Positions 12,912 to 25,602 of a stretch of 64,000 nucleotides of DNA are shown one piece after another (position 1 is the first letter of the stretch; each line of letters begins with the position of its first letter). The notes beneath the pieces are model-generated. The model worked only from the letters and a program-made list of their open reading frames with translations. It had not been told where the DNA came from and did no database searches. Source of the DNA: Octopus sinensis (taxonomy: Eukaryota); NCBI RefSeq assembly GCF_006345805.1, contig NC_043020.1, forward strand, positions 8,246,001-8,310,000, given 5' to 3'. The position numbers and the translations under genes were made by a program.

Positions 12912-13257
12912 ACTTGGCAAGTGAAAATCGATCAATGGAAATTGCAGCTGTGATACCAGTGCCGGTGGTACGTAAGAGAACCATCCGAACGTGGCCGTTG
13001 CCAGCGCCACCCTGACTGGCCTCGTGACAGTGGCACGTAAAAAGCACCATCCGATCGTGGCCGTTTGCCAGCCTCATCTGGCACGTAAAAAGCACCCACT
13101 ATACTCATGGAGTGGTTGGCGTTAGGAGGGGCATCCAGCCGTAGAAACACTGCCAGATCAGACTGGAGCCTGGTGCAGCCTTCTGGCTTCCCAAACCCCA
13201 GTTGAACCGTCCAACCCATGCCAGCATGGAAAGTGGACGCTAAACGGTGATGATGAT
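12912..13257 (+). mobile_element. RTE 3'-end fragment (family C); representative copy
   Basis: Same sequence as the 3' UTR of the RTE at 46941-48088. Others at about 5990-6300, 8543-8778, 18619-18889, 28470-28855, 48111-48620(-), 53448-53898(-), 56592-56899(-), 57578-57798, 58548-58782, 61050-61325(-), 61980-62477. Confidence 0.85.
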
Positions 13258-13402
13258 ATATATATATATATGAGAGGGAAAGAATTACATACCATACATA
13301 GCCTATCTCTCTCTCTGTTATGTACCTAACAATGTCTATATGTATCTCTACAGCTAAGAATAATGTGTAAATATATATTTTTTTTTGTTTCTTTCTTTTC
13401 AG

Positions 13403-16400
13403 AGAAGTAGAATATGAAAAGGAAAAAAAAAAACAAGTAAAGAAAATAAAGACAATTCAACAACAAAAAAATATATAATAAAAAGAAGAGAAATTTTCAT
13501 AGAAAAGATTTGAACTGATGGAGTTAATGTTCAGACTGCAGACTCTTGTAATAACTTTGTAATATTTGTATCATTGCTTTCACAACAACAACAACAACAA
13601 CATCTACAATATGAATGATAAAAAAATGAAATAAAAAAAGACGGACAGTAAACAAGCAAGAGATTGAAAAAAGAAAAAAAAAACAAAAAATAACCAAAAA
13701 CAAAATGTATAAACCTGTAACTTCAAAGTCCTGCTCCTCACTCACTCCATATATATATGTGTATATATATATGTGTATATATATATATTAATGTGTGTTT
13801 ATGTAGAGCTGGTGAGTCAGTCAGCTGATTAGGTAAGTGGTCAGTCGGTCGGTCAGTTGGTCTGATCTAGATTGTCTGGACTGGAGACCTGCTGATCAGT
13901 CCATCTGTAATTGTTTGGTGTCTGCTACTACCTTGAATACACACAAACATATATATATAGAGGTATATGTATATATATGCATTATATATATATCTTATCG
14001 ACGCCACCTTCTGTATAAACAGATGTGTTTATATACGCAAGTTGGTGAAGTTGGCTGAAAGAGTAATCGACTTTTTTTTTTTTTTTTTTTTTTACAGTGT
14101 TCAATGTAGTCCCACTTGGTTCCATGTTCAAATCCTGCTCTGAAAGGGGGTTGGGTGGGTGGTTGGTGGTTGAGCGGCGGTGGTCAGCTTTTTTTGCCTT
14201 TCATCCCTTTGTATGTTGGAAATCTGGACAGTGGGTGAGTGGCAGTCATGAAGTGGATCGACAATGTCTTGAGTAGTAAAGAGAGTTTGTTTGTTGGTTG
14301 GTTGGTTGGTTGGGGGGGGGGGGTGTTGTGGAGACATTTGAAAACAATCAATTTTACTATTTTTTCCTTTGCCTTCTCCAACTATTTGGCGCCTTTCTAA
14401 GAATATTTCCTGCAACTGCATGGACAACACAATTATTGAAGACATGCAAGTATTATTGATGTATACAAACATTTTGGTGAGTGTATGAGTACGTGTGCAC
14501 ATGTGAGTGTGTGTGTATATATATATATATATATGTAATGTTCATATGTGTGTGTTTGTGTATATCTATATATATTATCAAAATTAAACCTAAAATAACT
14601 ATATATATATATATATATATTCATATATGTAAGGAATGTGTAAGCAGAAATTGTTTGGAAGCTCGACCGACTGTAGCTGCAATTTAAAGGGCTTTGTCCT
14701 GTATAAGCATTGTGATTGATTCTGCTTGAGAATTATGTTAAGGGTACGATTGTCTGGAGTACTCAGCCACTTAGAATTCAATGCATTGAACAACTGGGAT
14801 ATTTATCCCAGAAACCAACAAAAGATCTATGTATGTGTGTGTGTGTGTATAGTGTTGTGTGTAAATGTGTACATAATTAAAGGCAAATGAAAAACAAAAA
14901 TTACTGCAGCAAACTGAACAAACTCTACCCACTCCAACACCACCAATAAATACTATACTATAATTACTACTAGTACAACCACCACCACCACCACCACCAG
15001 CTGTTACACAACTCTAGACTTGTTTATACAGGGCCCCTCCCCCCTCTGTCATGCTTTTTGTTGTGTTTGCAGGGAGGTGGGAGGTTACACGTGCAAACTG
15101 CCAGTGGTGCATAAAAAAAACCATTTTTTTTTTTTTCAACTGGAAACAGGAAATACTAGCTTTTCTGTTTGGTTCTTTTTGGAGGGTTGTTTTTTTTTTT
15201 TGTTTTTTTTTTTTTTGCCTCCCCAAAATTTTAGTAAGTAGATGATGATGATGATGATGATGATGATCGCCATGGCCACAGCAGCAACAGCCATGTGACT
15301 AAAGAAATGGAAAAGGGGGCGGGGAGGAGACTGTGAGAGATAGGATGGGGTATAGGGAGGGGGGGTGTAGCTGGTATTCAATATTTACTTTTTTTTTTAT
15401 TAAATATTTTTTATGCTTTCTTCTTTCTGGTCCTTATTTTTGTTTTGTTTTTTTTTCTATTTCCAATTTATATAAAAATATATTTTTTTTATTTTACTTT
15501 GACTTAAATAAAATGTACTTTACATTTTTTTGTTTTGCAATTTTTTTTTTTTTTTAAATCTAAACTTCACACATTATCGAAAGTAATGAATATTTTACTA
15601 AAAATTAATTAGTTAAGCTCATTCACTAATTAACACTTCTTTGATATTTTTTCTTAAATTTTATATTCATTTTTTTTTCCTGTTTCCCTCCCCACCCCTC
15701 TTTTCACCTTGATCGCTTCAGCCCCTTCTTCCAGAGCAAATCAATAAAAAAAAAATTTAAAAAACAAAAAAAGAAAAACAACAAACCCCAAACATTTGTT
15801 GACTTTGCAGCAGCAGCAGCAATTGTGGCTAGCCGACATTCTTTGTTGTTTTGTTGTGTTGGGTATTTTTGCTACATTTTTGGTTGTTTTTGTGGCATTT
15901 TCCAAGAATCACCAATCCATCTAATCCTGATATATATATATAGATGTATATAGTACACATACCAAATCTACACTCACTGAAAAGGCATTCACACACACAC
16001 CACCTCCAGTTATCACAACCACATTCCTCATCAAATCTTACCCCACCCACCTCTTTTGGTAGCAAATCCTCCACCACCAGACAAGCCATTTTCAAGAAAA
16101 ATAAATACCCCCCCCCCGACCTCCACACACACATTTTCTTCCCAGAATCCGACACCTCTACAATCACAAACCAACAATTTTCCTAAGTCAGGAACCGAGT
16201 ATTGCACACACCCCTCCTAACAACAACAATAGCAGTGTGTTTATATGTGTATGTATATATAAAGTGAATGGATAGTTCAAAACATCACTAAGCATTTCAA
16301 TTATACACATACATACCTATTTATATTTACACAAACACATACTCACCTGTATGCTTTTGTCACACCTGGACAAATGCAGAGACTTGATCATCAGCTTAGG

Positions 16401-18147
16401 ATGAGCTCAACTGAATCAATAAAACTCTACTGCATATATAAAAATACTTACTTCCCTAACCTTCCTTTCTACACAGGAAATAACATACATTATATATACA
16501 TTATACATACATTACACTCTACTGCATATAACGAGTACTACTCCCTCCCATTCTTACACACCCATGCACATTATATATATATATAGACATTCTACTGCAT
16601 GTATTGAGTACTTCCTCTCTCCCACTTGTACCCATACATAATATATAGACACACATGTGTATGTACAACAACAAAAATCCCTATCATTGACCTCCCCCCC
16701 TCTCTCCATCTTCACCATAATATGCCCCCCACTCCTTTTGAAATAAAAGGAACAATCTGTGAAATTCAAAGCTGCAAATATTTCATCTGGGAACAGACAC
16801 AGCAGAAACCCTTTCCCAACTAAGGGCATAAAATGATTCGTTTTCATTGTTTTGTTTTTAAATGTAAGGAAAATGTTAATAATAATAATAATAGTAACTG
16901 TGTGTGCGTGTGTGTGTGTATATATAAACAACAGTGTGTATGTGTGTGTGTGTGTTAGAATGTACATAAAATATACATATTTGTTTTCTGATAGTTTACA
17001 CTTTGTTTTTCATTCTTGTTTGTTGATACATATAATATTTATTGTATATATTTGTATGCATATACGTGTGTATATATGTGTATTTGTGAGAGTGTATATA
17101 TATTTACTCATATGTATGTGCACACATACAAGCATGCAGTACACACATTATATATATATACATACTTTTGGTGTTATATATATACATACATACATACATA
17201 CACGCGTGTTTTATGGCTAAGATCTGCATCGTTTGGTGTCACAAATTCAAAAAGCGTAACTGATCTTTGAGTTACAGTGATGCTTTGTGTGCATGTATGT
17301 GAGAGGGTATGTGTAATATATATATATATAGGGTATTAAAGTTTTACAAACTTACTACCAGTGGCCTAGCACGCATAAAAAGTCAATAGACTACATATTA
17401 TTCTATATGAAATAGTGTACATTTAAAACACAAAAGAGAAATTACCAATAACAGACAATTTCTACATGCTAGGAGACAGTCAAAACGACTGAAGACCACA
17501 GAAAAATTTAAGCAATTTCAAAGGGAATGGAAAAAAAAAACAAGGTAAAAGTTTTTCTTTTTCATTCCCTTTGAAATTGCTTAAATTTTTCTGTAGTCTT
17601 AAGTCTTTTACTGTCTCCTAGCATGTAGAAATTCCCTGTTATCGGTAAATTTCTCTTTGTGTTTTAAATGTCTATATATACACACACACACACACACATT
17701 ATACCCATATCTTCTCTAGATTGAAATACAAAAACAAAAAAAAAACAAGCAAGGACAGGTCTTCAACCCTTGTCTGACCCCTAATAGTGATTACAATGAA
17801 GTTAGCTTCCACTGGATTTTCAAATTTGAGCCGTAAGTAAAGAGTCTATCCAGCTTTTTAGAGGCTCACCATTTAATTAGTGGTTTCTTAAACTGTAGAG
17901 CTATTTAACCCTAACAAGGCAGGCTACTGCTACACAGGGTCCAACAGAGCAAGGTCTTGTACATCTACACTGCATGTATGTATATGTGTCTAATACATAT
18001 ATATATATGTTGTATGTGTGTGTGTATTCCAGTATATGTTTTTATGTGTATGCATATAGCTGGGTAAAATGTTTATGGGTATTACATGTGTGTATGTACA
18101 TATATATGTGTAATATATAAAGATTGTGCGTGTGTGATGTATGTATG

Positions 18148-18178
<31 letters not shown>

Positions 18179-18330
18179 TTATATATATATATATATGCAC
18201 ACAGTTCTTAGAAATCTATCAGAGATTCAATAAAGCCATTAACTTTAATTGGAAATGTGTTTGAATTTTTTTTTTTTAATTTAATTTTATTTCTGCTCCA
18301 GACTGGACAGAAATTGTAATGAATGTTGAA
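13403..18330 (+). other. Probable long 3' UTR exon of the TLDc gene (end not defined)
   Basis: Strong acceptor (T-rich tract, TTTTCAG ending 13402) pairs with a donor AG|GTAGGG at 12381. The region is U-rich, lacks the SINE families seen elsewhere and has several AATAAA. Inference only. Confidence 0.45.
17419..17671. repeat. Imperfect inverted repeat, about 115-bp arms, about 20-nt loop
   Basis: Roughly 90% complementary by eye, with long perfect blocks such as CAGAAAAATTTAAGCAATTTCAAAGGGAATG and its complement. Confidence 0.9.
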
Positions 18331-18886
18331 ACAAATATATCTGTATGTATATACATATCTGTGTGTGTGTGTGCTTATAGTGACAATCAATCAGAATGGC
18401 CATCTTTATAAAAACTAAAGAGCTCACCCAAGCCTGCATGTGTCTCTATGCACACAAATCAGAATGGCAACTGACTCACATCAGTTCCTCTGTCCTTTGA
18501 CAGGTGCTTGTTTTCCATCCCAGAGGGTGTCCAAAACTCGCCCTCCTCACCAAACTCATTTGCTGAGGGTTGCCAGTTTAGTTGCCGACAATCTGTTACC
18601 AATAGTGCTTGAGAATTGTGCTGGTGGCACGTAAAAAGCACCATCCGAACGTGGCCGATACCAGCGCCGCCTTGCCTGGCTTCTGTGCCGGTGGCACATG
18701 AAAGGCACCAACCGATCATGGCCGCTCCCTGGCACGTAAAAAGCACCCACTACACTCTTGGAGTGGTTGGCATTAGGAAGGGCATCCAGCTGTAGAAATT
18801 CTGCCAAATCAGACTGGAGCCTGGTGCAGCCTTCTGGCTTCCCAGACCCCGGGATGCTAGCACGGAAAACGGACGTTAAACGATGA

Positions 18887-18921
<35 letters not shown>

Positions 18922-19567
18922 TGTGGCCGTGTGGTAAGAAGCTTGCTTTCCAACCACATAGTTCCAGGTTCAGTCCCACTGTGTGACACCTTGGGCCAAC
19001 TAAAGTCTTGCGAGTGGATTTGGTAGACGGAAAAGAAGCCCGTTATATATATGTGTGTGTGTGTGATTTTGTCAGTTTGTCCCCCCCCCCCCCCACCACC
19101 ACCACTTGACAACCGATGTTGGTGTGTTTACTTCCCCATAACTTAGCAGTTCGGCAAAAGAGCCAATGGAATAAGTACTAGGCGTATAAAGAATAGGTCC
19201 TGGGATTGATTTGTTCGACTAAAGGCGGTGCTCCAGCATGGCCACAGTCAAATGACTGAAACAAGTAAAAGAATATATATGTATCATGGTACTGACCATC
19301 ACTGATCACAATGCACTTTGCATTATCTTAGTTTTCAAATGATGCCACCCCACTGAGTAGGGGAGTAGGCCCACATTTCCCCTCGGTCAAAAGGTTTTTC
19401 TGCTGTGGGGTGACCCATTTACAGCTGAGTGGACTGGGGAAACATGAAATGAAGTGTTCTGCTCAAGAACACAACACATCACCTGGTCTGGGAATTGAAC
19501 CCACTATCTCGGTGATCATAATTGCAACACCCTAACCACTAGGCCATGTGCCTTCATACATACACAC

Positions 19568-19985
19568 AGGCGCAGAAGTGGCTGTGTGGTAAGTAGCTTG
19601 TTTACCAACCACATGGTTCCGGGTTCAGTCCCACTGCGTGGCACCTTGGGCAAGTGTCTTCTACTATAGCCTCGGGCCGACCAAAGCCTTGTGAGTGGAT
19701 TTGGTAGATGGAAACTGAAAGAAGCCCGTCGTATATATGTGTATATATATATATATTATATATGCGTGTGTTTGTGTGTCTGTGTTTGTCCCCCTAGCAT
19801 TGCTTGACAACCGATGCTGGTGTGTTTATGTCCCCGTTACTTAGCGGTTCGGCAAAAGAGACCGATAGAATAAGTACTGGGCTTACAAAAGAATGAGTCC
19901 CGGGGTCGAGTTGCTTGATTAAAGGTGGTGCTCCAGCATGGCCGCAGTCAAATGACTGAAACAAGTAAAAGAGAGTAAAGAGAGT
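19568..19985 (+). mobile_element. tRNA/CORE-type SINE family A (about 400 bp, internal (TA)/(TG) microsatellite, AAGAGTA tail); representative copy
   Basis: Head TGGCTGTGTGGTAAG...GGTTCAGTCCC, CORE-like CTTGGGCAAGTG. Other copies at about 1-299(-), 3262-3588(-), 24061-24447, 26780-27142, 29433-29870(-), 43685-44065(-), 44192-44575, 48695-49050(-), 49335-49707, 51779-52172, 54260-54665, 59605-59958, 62785-63172. Confidence 0.9.
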
Positions 19986-21477
19986 ATCAAATAGTTTAAT
20001 GAGAGGAGAGTGTCCTCTTCCCAGGGCCCCCAATGTCTAGAGGGATGAAGTTTCGTTTAGATTTGAAGCCTGTCCCATATATTTGTAATGGAGAATTCTG
20101 CTACAAGAACCCAAAAACCAAGTGGTCAGGGCAGTAATGTGGGCCAAGAATTAAGACAGTAATAATTATGGATTACGCAGCTAATTAGTAGTGTCATTAG
20201 AGCATCTAATGAATTTCTCCATCTCTGCACCAATTTCAAATTGCACCTGGATCAACTTTGTCTTATCCTATCGGGATCAATGGCCAAACCAGTGCTGTAT
20301 TGGAGGTAGATTCTTCTCTTTCTCTTAGTCGGTTTGTCTGACAGGTCTCAAAATGCCCAAGGTACATCATGTGTCATGATGGTATCCCTAACACTATTGA
20401 GAAACCGAAGGACCCAAGACAAGGTGTAAGAGTTGAAACATTTATTTGTTTATCTTAACCTGTCTCCCCTTCTCTCCACGTATGACTTCAAACTGCATCG
20501 AGTCGATAGGGACCCTGGTTTGGGAGTTCCAGGGGTTTGAGGAACCACCTCTTAGTTACCATCGTTCCCAAGAGTAGTAGCACCTGTCAGGGTCTCGGCT
20601 ATGGGTTAATTAGCAAGTCCTGCAGATAGGGCTCATTAGCCAGGGGACCATCAAGGGAAGGAAAAACTCTGATTCCAAACCTCTGCTGCCTTGCAACCAA
20701 ACCCAGCCACAGAAGAGGCTTTGGAAGTGAACCCTGAGGTAGTTCGATGTCTACAACCTTGTGCAGTAATTCCTGCAAAGACAATGGTGACAAACTGAAA
20801 TAGCCATGCTGTTGTTCCTTTGGACCTATCTGTACAGCATTAACCCAGAGTGGGTCAAGGTGGCTTTGACCAACGAGTCCACCCATGTCTCTCACAAATG
20901 CTGACCACATCTGACAGTCGGCTCTGATGTTCCAGCAGGCAAAGTAATGCTTCTGCTTGGGGCCCGAAAGTCCAGCTTGCAGGTTTGTCAAACGCCCCAC
21001 CACTAGGAAAGCAATCACACCGGGCAATGCAGACACAGTAGTCATAGTCGTCGTTCATTGTGGAGGTGTAGAGGTCATTTTCGGAGTGTCAGTGGGAATA
21101 CAAGTTAACACGTGGTCCCCAGTCGCATGTATAGTTTGGAACGGTGAGATCCGTAGCAACTCACCTTGACATCAATCGTCAACTGTCACAGCAGGTTTGC
21201 TGACCAAATCATTGAGTATCAGAGCTGACATAGCCTGGGTTTGAGATCAAAGAGAGGGACCATGCTGCTTGGACAAGAACCTGTGCTCCCTATCCTACTG
21301 CCCTCACTCAGATCTTTGTACTGGAGAGACTGGCAAATGCAGTGGATCCACAGAAAACAAGACTACAGCTCCCATGGTGGAATGACTGCCATTCAAGCAT
21401 CAGACTGTTCAAGCCACAGACAACATTGCTCCAGAATGGGCAGACAAGGAACTACATCTAGAGTCATTTAAAAAATC

Positions 21478-21785
21478 TGGCACTTACGATGACGAGGGTT
21501 CCAGTTGATCTGATCAACAGAACAGTCTGCTCGTGAGATTTACGTGCAAGTGGCTGAGTACTCCACGGACACGCATACCCTCAATGTAGTTCTCAGGGAG
21601 ATTCAGCAAGGTACACAGAATGTGACACAGCTGGTCCCTTTGTAATTACAGGTACAACTCGTTTTTGCCAGCTGAGTGGACAGGAGCAACGTGAAGTAAA
21701 GTGTCTTGCTCAAGGACACACCGCGCCACCAGGAATCGAACTCATGATCTTCCAGTTCTGAGCTAAATACCCTAACCACTCAGCT
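21478..21785 (-). mobile_element. tRNA+CORE SINE carrying the family D 3' tail
   Basis: Head ...GAGTGGTTAGGG...GAGTTCGATTCC, CORE GTCCTTGAGCAAGACACTT; 3' part homologous to 44866-45040. Confidence 0.75.
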
Positions 21786-22315
21786 TTCCACTCTATGGCC
21801 ATTCATTGCTGATGGAAGCCATGGAGATCTTTCTGTCTCCCCTCCTTGGTCTTATTCAACCACCTCTACTGGTCACCGTCTTCCTTTTCCTCCCATCAAC
21901 GTCATTCCCTATCAATTCCAAACGGAACCGAACAACACACCATCACCCCCCCCCTCACAATACACAGCATCTTCACGCCCCATTATCCATTCATCCCCCC
22001 CTTATCCATTCATCCAACCAATTCTCTCCCTTCCAAACCCAACCCCTTTTCCTGTCCCCACCCCCTCTCACTGGAGAGCTAATAAAGAACTAGTAAGTAT
22101 CGTTTACCAAAAGGTACACTTTTTCTAAGTCAACATTATGTTTCCTATACAACTAATAGAAGTTTCTTTTAAGCATGAACATCACAACATCTCCCTAAGA
22201 CTTGACAGTATTTTGTGTCATATTAAAACAAACAAGACCCCAAAAAAACCCCCCAATTGCTCTATAAAACACACACAACATGCACAGACTTCAACACACT
22301 CAGATACAGACAACC

Positions 22316-22347
<32 letters not shown>

Positions 22348-22381
22348 AAGTTGGTTTGTGAAAGCACGTGGTTGAATATAT

Positions 22382-22562
22382 AGAAAATAGTAAAAAGTGA
22401 AAAAACTACAGAAGGCTTGTTTTAAAAGGTTAAAAAATATATATTTGAGTCAATATGTCATTGTAAGAAAAAAATTTATAACATTCTTCAGACATATTGA
22501 CTCAAATATATATTTTTTAACCTTTTAAAACAAGCCTTCTGTAGTTTTTTCACTTTTTACTA

Positions 22563-22568
<6 letters not shown>
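22382..22568. repeat. Perfect 78-bp inverted repeat with 31-nt spacer
   Basis: 22382-22459 is the exact reverse complement of 22491-22568. Confidence 0.95.
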
Positions 22569-22632
<64 letters not shown>

Positions 22633-22815
22633 TTTATTTAAAGCAGCAGAAAATTCAACAAAACCTGTTACTCTGAGTTTCCCGTTGCCGTTCGTCGGAC
22701 AGTTTTTGCTCAGGTTTTGTTGAATTTTCTGCTGCTTTAAACAAAGCATATTACTCTACCACTGGTATTCGAGTACTCTTTTTTCCACCTTGTTTCACAT
22801 TTATGTGTTTACTCC

Positions 22816-22871
<56 letters not shown>

Positions 22872-23371
22872 TTCACATTCTGATACAGACAGTCAGACAC
22901 ACAGACAACCATACACACAATACAACCAGACACACACACACACAATACATATTGTAGAAGGAGAAGGGGAGATAGATTCTATCATCATCATTATTATTAT
23001 TATTATTATTATTTTGTGAATGTAAAAACTTCCAATCATGTTTGCTGTTACAACTTAGCTACTGTATTGTAAATTTTGTCTACTAAAGGCACACACATCT
23101 TAACTGACATCAATTCAAGTTTCACCATAAACTGAGACACAAATTAGCTTAAACAAATATTCTGGACAAGATTAACTGCAAAACTGCTTCCAAAAAGAGC
23201 CAAGCGTACACAAACAGACAACACACATTTATCAGTCTACCTACTAATTTATATATGTGTGTATATAACTACATATTTGTGTGTGAGTATATATAAATAT
23301 ACTACATATACCTACATAAGTACATCTATTAATCTATTTACCAAGTTCTCTCTCTATCTCTCTCTCTTCTC

Positions 23372-23403
<32 letters not shown>

Positions 23404-23438
23404 TATTTAAAAAAGGAGATGTGGAACACGAGTTGTCA

Positions 23439-23760
23439 TATATAAAAAAAGGAAATGAAGAAAATGCTGACAAAATAATTTAAGTAAGGGAGAGTGTATT
23501 TAATTAGGTGAAAGTTCTTTTTACCGGTTGCGCATTTGTTATGCTTATCAAAAGATAGAGTTCCTTTCTGATTGATTTTTTTCTCTTATCTGATAAGAGA
23601 AAAAAATCTATCAGAAAGGAACTCTATCTCTCTTAAAAAAATATCTTTTGATAAGCATAACAAATGCGCAACCGGGAAAAAGAACTTTCACCTAATTAAA
23701 TACACTCTCCCTTACTTAAATTATTTTGTCAGCATTTTCTTCATTTCCTTTTTTTATATA
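23439..23760. repeat. Near-perfect palindrome, about 150-bp arms, 1-nt centre (23591)
   Basis: Arms differ by about 2 substitutions and a 17-nt insertion in the right arm. Confidence 0.92.
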
Positions 23761-24016
23761 TATATATATATATGTGTGTATGTATGTGTGTTTGTGTGTG
23801 TGTATATATATATATTTGTGGGGGTGATTGCTTCCCCATTGCAAATATAAAGACACAGAAAATGTGTCAAAGCCGACAGGAGACGTCGATGTTTCCTAGG
23901 GCTAAATGGCGGTGGTGTAATTCCCATACGGGACTGTCACATTGAGTTGATAGTATACGACCACTCTATCGCTCCACCACCACTTAGGTCTCTCTGAGAC
24001 ATTTAGAAATTCAATA

Positions 24017-24063
<47 letters not shown>

Positions 24064-25384
24064 CGCAGGAGTGGCTGTGTGGTAAGTAGCTTGCTAACCA
24101 ACCACATGGTTCCGGGTTCAGTCCCACTGCGTGGCATCTTGGGCAACTGTCTTCTGCTATAGCCCTGGGCCGACCAATGCCTTGTGAGTGGATTTGGTAG
24201 ACGGAAACTGAAAGAAGCCTATCGTATATATGTTTATATATATATGTGTGTGTATATGTTTGTGTCTGTGTTTGTCTCCCTAGCATTGCTTGACAACCGA
24301 TGCTGGTGTGTTTACGTCCCCGTCACTTTGAGACCGATAGAATAAGTACTGGGCTTACAAAGAATAAGTCCCGGGGTCGATTTGCTCGACTAAAGGCGGT
24401 GCTCCAGCATGGCCGTAGTCAAATGACTGAAACAAGTAAAAGAGAATATATATATATATATATATACACACACATACAAAGTATGGAGGTTTAGTTCACG
24501 GGTGATCTAAATGATTAGGTACGCTAGGTAAGTGGTGTAACAGATTACTGGGGCTCCAAGGTTATAGCTGAGACGGTAGTTATGAAGCCATTGCAGATAT
24601 CATCCTTTTTAACAATTATATGTATCATATTATTATACACACACACACACATATATAATAATAATGATAATAATGAAATTATTGTATACAGTGCTCAGGT
24701 GCACCACAACTTGTCAGAAAGTGCGTATAAAGTGTATGCAGTAATGTACAAGTGTCTGGAAAGCGAACAATGTACGAGTCAGATACATGCTTGTGTGTAT
24801 ATGGAGGGGAGAAAATCAGGTGTAGTATATATATGTATGTATGTGTATATATATATTATATATATATATATATAGACGCACACACACGTGTGTTTGTTTG
24901 TGTCTTCTTGTCTTGACATTAAATGCTGAATGTAGACAAATGCCATAATCCTACAAGATGTCATTCAATTGCAATCTTCTGTGAAAACATGTCAGGCCAT
25001 TGTTCTGTTTATGTTTGGAGGACAAAGAGCAATATGAGCCGACATGGAAACAGAAAGAGCATCCAGCCATGGCGAGTCAGCCTCTGTAAATTTCGCCTGA
25101 CCCATGATAAACATGGAAACGTGGACATCAAATGATGATGACAGGAAATATGAGGCAGTGCTCCAGCATGGCTGCTATCCAATGATTAAAACAAGTAAAA
25201 GAAATACAAACTTCTGGTTGTCAACAGACTTCAACGACGACCTTTTCCTTCAGTCAACGTGAAGGTTTCAATCAGACAGGATATGGAAATGGTCAGTTGG
25301 CTGGATGGACGGATGGGTGGATGGATGGATGGATGGTTAGGCCAGGCATCAGTCTATGAGCAAAGTCTCTTTTCTAAGCCTTAA

Positions 25385-25602
25385 CCCTTTAGTGTTCAGA
25401 TTACTCTGTTAAATGTAATATTTTTTTTATTCAAATTGTTTTGAATTAATCAAACATTATCTCATAGCTTTGAGGTTTCAATGATGTGAATTATTTTTAG
25501 AATGGCATTGTAGGTTAGGTATGAGAGGCTAGATATTGCCAGTTTGAATATAAAACATATAGAATATTTGGGCCGGATATGGCCGGTTTAAACATGAAAG
25601 GG
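25385..25602. mobile_element. piggyBac-type MITE, family 1
   Basis: TTAA|CCCTTT...AAAGGG|TTAA termini. Confidence 0.75.
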
